Shown here one piece after another: positions 1 to 12,300 of a stretch of 64,000 nt of DNA. A program made the position numbers and the translations under genes. The DNA is from Vicugna vicugna (Eukaryota). How positions within the stretch are numbered: the stretch's first letter is position 1; every line of letters starts with the position of its first letter. The DNA is taken from the NCBI GenBank assembly GCA_013265495.1, contig MU058844.1, positions 12,422,184-12,486,183 of the forward strand, read 5' to 3'. Under the pieces are notes generated by a model. That model worked only from the letters and a program-made list of their open reading frames with translations. It had not been told where the DNA came from and searched no databases.

Positions 1-1244
1 ACTATTAACTCTTAATCAGTAATTATTCACAACTTTTTTCAAACTGCAAAGGATCAAGAGAATAGTTGCCACTTCAATGTATTTTTCACTGATGCATAAC
101 ATCAATATGATGCCTTACTTTACTATTAAACCCAGAATAATGAATGTTCTAAAGAGGAGTTAATATGAGCAACTTTGACCTCAAATACCACAAATATTCG
201 TTCTGACGACTGTGTCCCATGGTTCACTTGTACCCACCAGACTTCTAGTTCTCTCTTTGTGTTTAAATCTGAGAAATTCTGAAAAAATGAATTTTAGAAG
301 TTCTCCCAGAAATGTCAAAGACTGCATGCTAAATTGGTTTGAACTGAAGTTTTTCTATTTTATATCACTTACTGATCACAGACGGTGCAACTTGAAAAAA
401 GTAGAAGTCACAATGCTCGCGAAAAGTCGTAAAAATGTCTAATAAGCATTTGAATTCAACAGAATTCTTTGATTTTCAACTTTATAGAATTTCTTCCAAG
501 CTCTTTTCAGAATTCATTACTTTACCATAGTCAGTCTATGAAGGGCAGTCCCACTTAATTCTGACTTTCTTATAGTCTCCAGACGTGTGTCTGTCCCCGT
601 TAAAATCCGTGTTTTACGGTGATGCATACATGATCTCTTGTTATCGCTATAAATGAATTCTTATTCTCCTCTATTTTTATCTGTTTTGTCCATCTTCTTC
701 ATTAGATCATATCCCTCTTGGGGTGGAAATCACGTTCACTGCTATTTCCTTTGGAACTTTGCACAAAACCTCGCAAAAACACTCTGCCCATTGTAGCTAC
801 TTAATAAACCTTGGCTCTCCGCCTGAAGGAAGCAATTGACAACCCAGTCATAAAGAATTCACAGTGGTGCATAAGTTTATCAACTTAATTTTTTATGTTC
901 CTGTGAGAGGTGATGTACCAAAATACTTTCTAATCCTAGCTGAGATCGACTCTGGCAATCAGACAAGAAGAGGAATACCATGTCACTTACATTCCTGGCT
1001 GGCTAACTTTGTGATAGCAAGCACTTCGGGTGTATAAAAGTTAAACTTTCAGGAACGAAAGCATAAAAAGATGTGTTTGTTGGTGTGGACATCTTTAATT
1101 TGCTGCTTTCCTTACTGCCCAGATTTGGAATATATAATGCCAACTTGGGAGATGTGTATTAACAACCATACTTACTAAGAGAAGAAAAGCATTTCCTCAG
1201 ATAATACAAAAATGCAGAAGAGTACGCTGCATTTGTTGGAGAGA

Positions 1245-1420
1245 GAATGGAATTTGAATCTGGATATTCCTGGGTTTAGATCTCAGTTCTGCCACTTAGT
1301 AATGTGACCTTGCATAGGTCATTTATCCTATTGGAGTCTTGGTTAATTTAACTGAAAAAAAATTTTTTTAATCTACCACATAGCATTGTTATGGGGAGTT
1401 AAAATATGTAAAATGTCAAG
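1245..1420 (+). mobile_element. MIR SINE fragment
   Basis: Degenerate MIR core (cctgggtttagatctcagttctgccacttagtaatgtgaccttgcataggtcattt...tagcattgttatggggagttaaa). Confidence 0.6.
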
Positions 1421-2599
1421 TACTGCTAGTGTGAACTGATGCTTAGCTCATATTTTCATTAAATTTTCTTCCATAATCGCTTCCCTTTTGTTACAGGTAT
1501 CGGTTGCTGGAAGGGGACTTGGTAAGGGGAAGAAGTTATATACATCTTTCCGTTGATCAGGGAGTGACCGTATTAGGTAGCAACATTCCCCACACCAATT
1601 TCTCCCCTGTTCCTGCTCCACCTCCTCACTATAAGCAAAGTTCATCAGCAATTGCAGTCTCCTCAAAAAATCAAACTGTGGGGTGTCCTACACATGCATT
1701 TGTGTAGTTTGCCTCTCTCTTCTCATCATCCTTTCATTCTAAAACAGAAAGTACGGTTATGGCAACATCTGGGGACTGTCCACCAAAATCTTCAATAATC
1801 ATTCAGAGACTCGTGGGTCTCAAGTCTGGTCAAAGGCCCCCCAGCAGTCAGTCTCTCCTCACTTCAGCCCAGTCCTCACACACAGCACCATAAGTCTCAT
1901 CTTGCACTCGAGAACTTTCTGGCACTCCCCACTCCCTAAACACCTTACCTCGACTGCCACGACCTGCCACAGCCTGCAACCCTCCGCCTTCTCCTCTCTT
2001 CTCTCAGTACACCCTGTCACGAGGTCAGAGAGAGTTATCGATCAGTTTTGAACACACCCTAAACTACACGCCATGACGACCGCTGTTCTCTCCACCTGCT
2101 ATGCCCACTTTCCATTTATAACTATTAAACTTACCCTTTCTGTAAAATACAATTAACTTTTCTTACTTTCTTTGCTTAACGTACCTGAAACTCCCTCTTA
2201 CCTCACCTTTATCACCTGAACACCTACTCACCATTTAAATTCCAAATGCTACACCCTCCTTGGAGCCCCCTAAAACTGAACCCCTACCTTCCTAACCTCA
2301 GGGAGAACCGATCACTGCACCACAAGATCTGCCATGTATTCCCCCGGTAGTCTGTGTCTGTCTCACTTATCACATTTCCCCCATCAGACTCCGGGTCCCT
2401 CAAGGGAAGACGCTGTATGCCCAGAACATACCCCCAGTTCTTCCACTTAGTGTCTGTAAATGTATTTGCTGAAAGATTAAACCCCTCCGTGCAGCCTGCA
2501 CCGTTCTCTCCCAGATCCTATTCAAATCAGTCTTTTTTCCCCCTTCAGCCCCACAGCCCACTGTACCTCTCTGATTGGACGAACCTGACCACATTATTC

Positions 2600-2750
2600 C
2601 CTGATGTGTGGTTATGTGTGTACTTGTCTTTTCCTTCCTGCAAGACAGTGAGCTCCTTAAAGGTAAGAATGGGGTTTTTCCAAGGCGGGGCTTGTGCCTA
2701 CCACAGTTTCTCACATAGCAGGTGTTTAGTGAGTACTAGCAATTCTGTAA
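2600..2750 (+). mobile_element. L2 LINE 3' end fragment
   Basis: tgagctccttaaaggtaag...acagtttctcacatagcaggtgtttagt resembles the L2 3' terminus. Confidence 0.45.
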
Positions 2751-3224
2751 CTTTTTAAACTACATCAGAAAGGCCATCAGAAGCGGGACTAAGATTATAC
2801 TTTAAAGAGAAAACACTGTCATTCATAAAAGTTTGCACTGTCTAAATCTAATTTTTAAATCATTAAAGTAAGATGGAGCCACCCAAACTCCGTAGTTCAG
2901 GAGTTAGAAGTTGGCAGGTAATGAAAGAATGACACCCCCTGGTGTAAAATAATAGAGAATAATAGTAACTAGGAGAAACTTGATAGAGTTTTTGGCCACT
3001 GTCAACCATTGCTGCCAAATCTTCCAATTTTTCAAAAGAAGCACCAAACGTGTATTTGTACATCGTCTCTCTCAAGCTTTTAAATGTTGGAAACCAACTC
3101 ATTTAAAAAAAGTCAAAAACATTGTACAGGCCAGACTAAACACATTTGTGGGTCAAATGAGGTCTATAAATTGTCAGTTTTTTAAAATTCTCCCCTCTGG
3201 GTTGATTGTTATACTTCCTAGTTA

Positions 3225-3420
3225 TTAAGGGCTTACTTTCAGCAAACCCTGTGCTAAGAATTTTGTGTTAATTACATGAGTAAATGTGGATTCCTATGAT
3301 CTGAGCACTACTGATCTGAGTAACATAGACACCCACTTCTCAGACGAAGAAACTGAGGCACTTGGAGTTTAAGTTGCACACATCAGATAGCAACATCAAA
3401 TGTGTCACACTCCCATGGGC
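3225..3420 (-). mobile_element. MIR SINE fragment
   Basis: cagacgaagaaactgaggcacttggag core preceded by ccctgtgctaagaattt, i.e. MIR in antisense. Confidence 0.55.
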
Positions 3421-5089
3421 ACATACAGATTTTTGTCTGACTGCAATGTAAAAATGGCTTTGAGTCATGTGCAATTCTGGGCATCCTGTTATCTTACTTC
3501 TTTTTCTCCCAGTGATCTCTGGAATACCTTATCAAGACAGTCAAGGTTGGAAACTGCTGCTTTATATACTAAAATTGCCGAAGTTTGCTATATACCCCAT
3601 AAATACACTACCTTAAGGTTACAACTACTAGTCTTTCAAAAGACAGCCCACCATAAATCCTGAATAGAAAAAAAAAAACCTTAAACATCTTCATCCAAAT
3701 ATGAGATTGAAGCCAGGAAGCATATAAACAAACAGGTGGAAAGCAGGAAAGATTAGATGTAGAGACATTTGGGAAAGATTAAAACTAACATACTGCACTC
3801 CGCAAACACTTTTCAGCATAGACTACATTCAAAGCTCTGTGCAAGAAGTTATTTTAATAGCCTAGAGGCTATGATGATTTCAGATTCAAAAGACATTTTT
3901 CAACTTAGACTCAATAGGATCGGTGACTAATATGAAGCAGAGGGTATGTGAGAGGGAGAAATCAGAGGATAACTCAGAGAGCACGAAGAGGCCAACAGAG
4001 TCATTAACCAAGATGAAGGAGCACAGGAGAAACAGCAGAGCTTGGTGTGGGGAGCCCAGGGGAGTGTACTGACAACAGAGGAGGGGATCCAGAGGGCACA
4101 GCGAAGTGGGCAGATCATCATCAGAGACACAAGAGCCAGGTGGGCTGAGGTTGAGATGGACAGAGACAAACAGCAGTGAGAGTTTGGGAGAGGACAGCAG
4201 GCCAGGCATCCTTGCTTTCTGGGTGATACTCATGAGTCACAAGGAGAAGAGTCAGAAAATTACCAAATTTCCTGGAGGGACATGGGAAACGATGGAGTAG
4301 TTAAGGTCCAACCCTCCATACGGTACATTGCTGTCCCAAGTCAACAGTGTCCTTCTAAAAACATATTTTCCTAGATGCCTCATCCTAAACGATTTCTCAC
4401 TGTGGTTCAACTTCACGGAATCATTGTCTGTAGCTTAAAATGTACTCAAGGGCATTGGGTCTACTATGCAAAGCCCTAAGAATTTTATCGAGGGCCTTAG
4501 GATTCGAAGACTACTGAAGGGATTGAGTTCTGGGCCCTTAACCTAATCCACTCAGTGAAATTCCCTCTTAATTTGTGTCACATGTGGGGCTTCTTTGATT
4601 CAGGTCTCCACTAAAAAAAATACCACTCTTGAGAAATTTTTTTAAGAAGAAGAAAAAGCTTTAAAATTCACTGAAGTGTCTTCATCAATTCTGAAGCGAA
4701 ACTTAAGTAATTTGTTATGCCTCATAACATAATGCATTTATAAATTTTCCATAAGTTACAGTGGATTTAAAGGTATCTCATTAATAACGTCCTTCTCACT
4801 AACATTTCTAGTTGCATTCTTGAGGGAGAGAGAAAAGAATAAGGATATTACTAGTATGGTAGGAATTGTCCAAAATCCAGCTGCACTCACGGGAGTATGT
4901 TGTTTCTGTGAAAGGTAAATCCTTCGTAACTGTTGATAGAAATAAAGGTTGAGAACTAGTGATCCCAACGCTCCCCAAAGTCCTTCATGCTTGTAGAACA
5001 TCCAGTTCCCCCACTTGCAGTCCAGAACCAGCGGAGAACGGATGGTTCACTAAGGGTCAGAGAGGGAGGTCTTTCCTAAGGGCCAAAGT

Positions 5090-5990
5090 CAGAGCTGAGA
5101 CAACAGAACAATGCCTTTAAACTGTAAGGGAAACTGATTTGCCATCTAGAATTTTGTATCCAGCCAACTATCAATCCAAACTGTCAATTAAGGGTGAAGG
5201 TGGAATAAATACATTTCAGAATATGCAAGTCTCAAAAACCTTAGCACCCACCCTTTCTTTCTCAGAAAGCTACTGCAGGATGTGATTCACTAACATAGGG
5301 GAGGAGATGAAGACAAAGAGTCAGAACTGAAGAAACAGAGTCTCCAACACAAGACAGAGATGAAGGAAACACCAAGAAGAGATCCCAGAAGGACAGCTCG
5401 GTGGCAGGTCTTGAAAGCCACTGTCTAAATTTTAGTAGGTTAGGAGTCCCTAGGAAAGAAAGTTATCTCTGAAAGATGAAGTTGATAGAATAGCTGATGT
5501 GTTAATACGAGATTTAGACAAGTGGGGGAGAATTTGGGGTTAAATCTGTGATAAACACATTAAAAGAATTATCATTAACAAAGAAGATACTTGTTGATTC
5601 CAGGAAAAACAAAATGTACAAGTAAATAACAATAATTACAGCATCCTACATTACTCAGTTTGTATGGTTACAGTTATTTAAATATTGAATATGAACCCAA
5701 TTAAATTTCTGAATCCTATAAAACTTTATGGAGAGGATGGGAGACTGGCTGGATGGGGAGAGTGTATGTGATTGGAATGGACCATGTGTCCATTTGTAGA
5801 ACATCTACCACAAAACACCTAACACCAGATGAAAGTGTTTGCCTCTCAGCAATGGAAATGTGGACGGTGGGAGAGCTGAGTTGGAGGGGCTGGTATTTTT
5901 CATAAAGAGCCTTATAGAACTGACTCCCTAAGCAATGTGAACGTAGTATTTGAATACAAAGAATGTTTTCATTTTAAAAATATGAAAAAG
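5090..5990 (+). mobile_element. Old L1M/HAL1-type LINE remnant
   Basis: aatgcctttaaa...ctagaattttgtatccagccaactatc...aataaatacatttcagaatatgcaag resembles the 3' end of L1 ORF1; A-rich sense strand. Confidence 0.5.
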
Positions 5991-8489
5991 CTTAAAAGAT
6001 AGCTAAAACAAATTGGGAGAGCTGTGGTTGAACAGATTTAAAGGAGTGGATAAGACGTTGCTTCTCCCTGAACCCCTCCATCCCTCCTCTCGTTAAGTAG
6101 AGGTAACATAAAAATATGATTAGCAGCAGTTAAAGCCAAGTCCCCTCATAACTGGTTATGTTACTTGTGAGACTGATATAGTCTTTCCTCCAAAGAGCTC
6201 GGCGGCTGTACTGAGAATATTAAGTGTGGGACATTTTAACACCATGAAATTAAAAACAAAGGAAGTGTATGGAAAGAAAAATAAGATTGAGATTACCAAG
6301 AGCAAATGAAATCAAATCTTCATTAGAAGATAATTAAGACCAAGCCCCTGAATAATTCTGCAGCTTCCCCAGGATGCTAATAATACACATTGGCAGCATC
6401 ATTAGTTTCTTCAGGAACCATTCTCAACACGGCACTATTTACCTCTTCTGCTTTTTGTTTTCCTGAAAACACTTTAAATCCCCCTTGCCCACCTGAAGTT
6501 ATCAAAAACCAATCCACACCACTGCATTTTACCAAGATTGGCTGAGCCTACTTTGGGGAAATATGTAATCAGGGCTGCCTGTGGCCTGATCTCTCTCTTT
6601 GTGCTTTGCCCTGCTCTTTGGAGGACCAAATAATTAACTTAAAATAATCCAGCCTGGATCAATCCTGGATGCCTGGAACTTTCTTGCTGATTTGGCCTTT
6701 TCTAGTGGACATTCAGGCATGGACTAGTGAAAAATTCAGAATACCTGGTTAACTCTCTGGGCTCCAAATGTGTCTACTATCGAACAGAAGTGTCAAAAAA
6801 GCATAAGCCAGAGCCAAGAATATCTCACTCTCATTATGAGCTGGTTTGTTTTTCTCCTACTTCAAGACTCCCATTTCTGAGACTTAAAAGAAAAAAATCA
6901 GGGCTTGGAGGAGGAAGAGTGATAATTTTATTCTGACTTTAAAATATGACAGCATAAAAGTTTCATCAGCAAGGACCTGAAATTAATTCCTTTTTATTGC
7001 GCACTTTCTTTGTGCTAGCCACCATGTTGGACCCTTTGTATAATGGGATCTCTAGTCCTCAGTATACTTCTTCAAGATCCCTATTATATCTGCAATTTAC
7101 AGGGGAGCACCCCGGAGGTTTAAACAACACCGTCTTCCCTAGATCACTGGAGGAGCAACAGAAGCAGTGTGACCAGCTGGAACCCCATCTTCTCATAATC
7201 ATGATCTTTCCACTGCCTTATAAGGAGGTGTGTCCTAGAAACAGAAAGTTATAACTACCCCTAAGTTGTTGCAAGGATTAAATAAAGAAAAAAAAAAGAA
7301 AAGAAAAGAATACCACTGAGGCCAGTGCCCTAAATATAGTGAATATTTTATACATATTAGCTCTTAATGTGGTACTACTGTCATTAGATACGTAAAAAGC
7401 TAATGACCTTACCTTCCTCTTCTTTTCATTTTCTCTTCTTTCATGGCCAAAAGGAAGTAAGAGATACAATATGCCTGCAAGTAGAAAGGGACGGCTCCGT
7501 GATGTAAGAGATTTTATACGTAAATGCCCTCTCTCCAGATCTTCTCTGCTGACCAGCGCACAGTTCCTACAGGACAGACTGTTCTCCAAGTCACAACCTG
7601 GCTATTTAACGAGTTGGCACCCAGTCTGAAACCTATTTTCCCATCTAACTTTGTCCTTCAGTAAGACCAGTACCAAAGGACTCATACTGCTTCCTGCAAG
7701 TTTCAGGACCAGTTATCATCAATAAAATAATGCTTATTGAAACGATTTATTCTTGCTCATTCCCTCGTCACAGATATGGACTGAGTAGTGATGTGCCCAA
7801 AGTGGGGTTTGCATGGATTCCTAACATTCTGTTTAGCAAGTCCTGGCACTGTCTTACTTGGATGTGAGCACAACAGCCATCCTGCTTCGAGGAGATGACA
7901 GACTGTAGTTAACACCTGCTTTAATGCAGTTATTCCCATCAACAGCCTCTCAAAACGCTGCTTTATGCCCTCAACCAATCACTGTTTAATGCAGTTACCA
8001 TACAATTTTCCCTCTGGGCTCCCTCACACATCCCCACATATTCTTAATCTTCATATAAATTCCTTCCCTTCATCCTTTCCCAACAAATAACCACCCAGTT
8101 ACAGGTGCGTTTTCTTTCCTTTTTTCTCCTCACGTGACTGGGTCTCTAGTTCAATCTTGACTGCTTTTCTAAGTTAATCCTTATCTCCCACCTCCAGGCA
8201 TTTGGCGGATGCACAGTTGCTGGAAGGGCTCTCATCTCCCACTCTCTAGAACTCTCTCGGAGTTTCTTCTAACAATAATGTGGGAAGGGAGTCCTTTGGT
8301 CTCTTCTTCAAGTGTGTGCCCACAGGAAAGATAACAAGAAGGCTCAAAATCTGGGAACCAATGTTTTGTTACTTAACACCCTGCACAACTGTTTGCCTTA
8401 GTCCTGACAGCACATGAGTGAGTATAGGTGTAATTCTCCTCCTATGACAAAACAACACCACAGTCGTGCCCTAATATGACCCATGTGTG

Positions 8490-9010
8490 GACATTCATTC
8501 GACCACAGATGAATCCATCCAAAAAAAAAGTACCTTACTTGCCTGCCATGTGCTCATCACTTTGGTAAATGACAGCAATACAAAGGTTAATCAGGTGGAA
8601 ACTGGATCGGAGGAGGAAGGGCCAGACTAGGACCCAGGAAACCAGTTAAGACAATATGACAGTAGGTCAGGCAAGAAGTGATAAGGTCCTGAATGAACCC
8701 ATAGAGTGACAGTGGTGCTAGGAAGCCAGGACAGAGACATGAGATGTAAGGAGGGTATATCAGAATAATGTGGGTATTTATTGTGTGTGAGGAATGAGGG
8801 GAAAAGAGATGACAGTCTAGGATGACTCCAAGATTTCTTGATGAGTCTGAGTTAATGATGCTATCATTCCCTGTTGGAGGGCTAGGAGAAATAGGTTTGG
8901 AGGGAAACAATGAGTCTAGTTTGGGAAACTGATATACCTGTGGCCTATCAAGATACAGATAACTACTGAGTATTTAGACTAAAGCTGGAAATACAAATTT
9001 GTGAGACTGA
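8490..9010 (-). mobile_element. L2 LINE fragment with ORF2 (RT C-terminal) remnant
   Basis: Minus-strand ORF 8587..8910 reads SRNLGVILD...IQDLITSCLTYCHIVLTG, matching the L2/CR1 ORF2 motifs RNLGVILD and L(I/V)xSRLDYCN; cattcattc tail near 8492. Confidence 0.75.
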
Positions 9011-9307
9011 GTACTTGCCACAAAATAGAATCTCATGCTCGATGCCCTCAACAGAAATCAAACACTGTTTTGAAAGAATATTTTGGGAGAATTGTGTGCA
9101 AGACAAAAATTAACTTCACTTCAACATATTACAAAACATTTCCTTAGGAACACGAACCATATTGTACTGGCTTCATATTGTCACAGAATTACTTTAACTA
9201 AATTGACTCTTGTTCTGATGCCAGTGTCTAAAAGGAAATTATTTACAAAATACAGACCTAAAAATTCATGGGTGCATCTTCTGGAATAACTTTGAGGATT
9301 TGATTCT

Positions 9308-10802
9308 CTTTTTTTTTACTGAAGTATAGTTGATTTACAGTGTGTTAATTTCAGGTGTACAGCAAAGTGATTCAATTATATATATACATATACATATATA
9401 TACATATACATAAATATATGTATATATATATACACATATATATGCTTTTTCAGATTCTTTTCCATTATAGGTTATTACAAAATATTGAATATAGTTCTGT
9501 GCTATACAGTAGATTCTTGTTGTTTATCTATTTTACATATAGTTGTGTGTAACTGTTAATCCCAAGCTCCTAATTTATCCCTCCCTACCACCCCTTTCCC
9601 CTTTGGTAACCATAGTTTGTTTTCTATGTCTGTGAGCCTATTTCTGGTTTGTAAATAAGTTCATTTATATCATTTTTAAGATTCTGCAAATAAATGATAC
9701 CATACGATTTTGTCTTTCTCTGTCTGACCTAATTCACTTAATATGATAATCTGTAGGTCCATCCATGTTGCTGCAAATGGCATTATTTCATTTCTTTTTT
9801 ATGGCCAAGTAATATTCTATTGCATGTATAAACCATATCATCTTTATCCAGTCATCTGTCCATGGCCACTTAGGTTGCTTCTATGTCTTGGCTATTGTGA
9901 ATAGTGTTGCTATGAAAACTAGGGTGCATGTCTCTTTTCAAATTAGAGTTTTCTCCAGATATATGCCCAGGAGTGGGATTGCTCAATCATATAATAACCC
10001 TGTTTTTCATTTTTAGGGAAACTCTATACTGTTTTCCAATTTACATTCCCACCCACAGTATAGGAGGGTCCCTTTTTCTCCACACCCTCTCCAGCATTTA
10101 TTATTTGCAGACTTTTGGATGATGACCATCTGACTGGTGTGAGGTGATACCTCATTACAGTTTTGATTTGCATTTCTCTAATAATTAATGATGTTGAGCA
10201 TCTTTTCATGTGCCTGCTGGCCATCTGTATATCTTCTTTGGAGAAATGTCTCTTTAGGACTTCTGCCTATTTTTTTGGTTGGGTTCTTTTTTTTTTTTTT
10301 AATATTAGGCTGTATGAGCTGTTTGTATATTTTGGAAATTAATCTCTCATCAGTCTCATTGCTTGCAAATATTTTCTCCCATTCTTGCTTGTCTTTTCAT
10401 TTTGTTTATGGTCTCCTTTGCTGTGGAAAAGCTTTTCTTAAGTTTAATTAGGCCCCATTTGTTAATTTTTATTTTATTTTTATTTTTCCTTTTATTTCCA
10501 TTACTCTAGGAACAAGTTCCAAAAAAATATTGCTGCAATTTGTGTCAAAGAGTGTTCTGCCTATGTTTTCCTCTAGGAGTTTTACAGTATCCAGTTTCAC
10601 ATTTAGGCTTTTAATCCATGTTGAGTTTATTTTTGGATATGGTGTTGGAGAATGTTCTCATTTCATTCTTTTACATGTAGCTGACTGGTTTTCCCAGCAC
10701 CACTTATTGAAGAGACTGTCTTTTTTCCATTGTATGTTCTTGCCTCCTTTGTCATACATTAATTGACCTTAAGTGTATGGGTTTATTTCTGGACTCTCTA
10801 TC
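9308..10802 (-). mobile_element. 5'-truncated L1 (L1MA9/artiodactyl-type 3' UTR plus ORF2 C-terminus) with 13-bp TSD
   Basis: Poly-T start; ORF2 remnant [44 protein letters not shown] at 9295-9307 and 10803-10815; internal (TA)n-like tract at ~9377-9442. Confidence 0.92.
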
Positions 10803-11559
10803 AGGATTTGATTCTTATCCTCTGGAAGCTTCCTCACCCAACTCTGAGAGACATTCTTGTTTCTTTCAGTAGCATCACTGGTTGTATTCTAAACAATTGG
10901 TTTGTGTATCTTGTAGGTATTTTTTAGATTATGTAACCATGATGAGATTTCACACTTTTCTCATTGGTTTCTTAAAAGCATAGGACCAAATTTGAGACTT
11001 AGAGCATACTTAGCCTCACCCCTCCCTGGTGATATTTTGTTTTCTCCCTTATTTTTCTTCATTTCCTTTGCCTCATACTTATTTTACGTTACTGAGTTGG
11101 ATTTTCTTGCACTCTTACTAGTTTTAAATCATTCCTGAGACAAGGTATATTGTTTAGAAAGTAACTGTTCATTCATTCATTTACGTCCCTTTACAGTTCA
11201 TGAACCCTCAACCTACAGATGTTCAGTGAGCACACACAGAAAGATGAGAAAAATGGATCACTCACATTTTAGGGTGGAAACATTATAGGAGGAACTGGCA
11301 AAGGAGACTGGAAAGAACTCATGAGACAGTTCTCTTTCTGACAGACCTGTGTCATGGAAGTCAAGAAAAGGACATTGACTGTAGATCAAATGTTGCAGAG
11401 AGATTAACTACAATAAAGTCTGCCAATAGCCCACTGGGATTGGATAATTGGGTGACAATGACCAGAAACAGCAATTGCATTGACCCCATGGAATCCATTG
11501 CCTGATTTCCAAGAAATGAGTCAAAGCAGAAAATAAAGATAATTCTTGTAAAGCATTTG

Positions 11560-12300
11560 AGGGAAATAGGAGATACCAAAGATAGCTAGCGGCTGACTTG
11601 TGATCAGGGAGGAAGCTGCATTTCATACTGGAGATCTGGGCATGTTAAAACTTCAGATTTGAGAAAGCAGAATAAAAGCACGGGAAGAGCAATAGGAAGC
11701 AGTGGGTCGGGTTTTGGTGATTGAAGGCTCAGGGCAAAGATTGAGTTAAGGATTTCAGAGGCAGTGCTGATTGGGTCCAGCAGGTAGCCAGGCAGGTAGC
11801 TGCAATATGAGAAAGTCAAGAAGCTTCAAGACTAAAGTATTGAATTTATCATCCATGTAGATGGCAAAGTCACCCAGGATCATGGCATGATGACCACGAT
11901 CCAGATACCAAAACCCTCAACAAATGAGAAGGAGTGACCTCAACAGGGTGACAGCCAGAACAAGGTTAGACTGTGGTATGGTCACAAGGCAAAGTCCAAA
12001 ATGGAAGGACGTTTTGCTTAAAGATGGAAAGGAGACGGTTTGCCAGGAATAATGGCAATATGGGGACAGTTCAGTGCTGCCTCAGAGCCTATGGGATATG
12101 TCTCTGATCGGAGGCAACATTTTAAGGAATCTCTGTGTGAGACTTCTGCAGGAGGCAACATTTTAAGGAATCTCTGGGTGAGACTTCTGCAGGGAGGCAA
12201 GGAGGAGGGACCCAGCTGGAGGAAAGCTGAACTTCAGTTGGGGCAAGAAGGTGCTGTTTGTTTGGAGAAAGGTTAGAGATGGGGGCTAGAGGAGAAAAGT
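11560..12300 (-). mobile_element. L2 LINE fragment including AP-endonuclease remnant
   Basis: Minus strand of 11848-11880 translates ILGDFAIYMDD, matching the APE motif (I/L)GDFN(I)H; purine-rich + strand typical of antisense L2. Confidence 0.6.
12110..12200. repeat. 41-bp tandem duplication (2 copies plus a partial third)
   Basis: ggaggcaacattttaaggaatctctg(t/g)gtgagacttctgca at 12110-12150 and 12151-12191, 1 mismatch. Confidence 0.95.
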
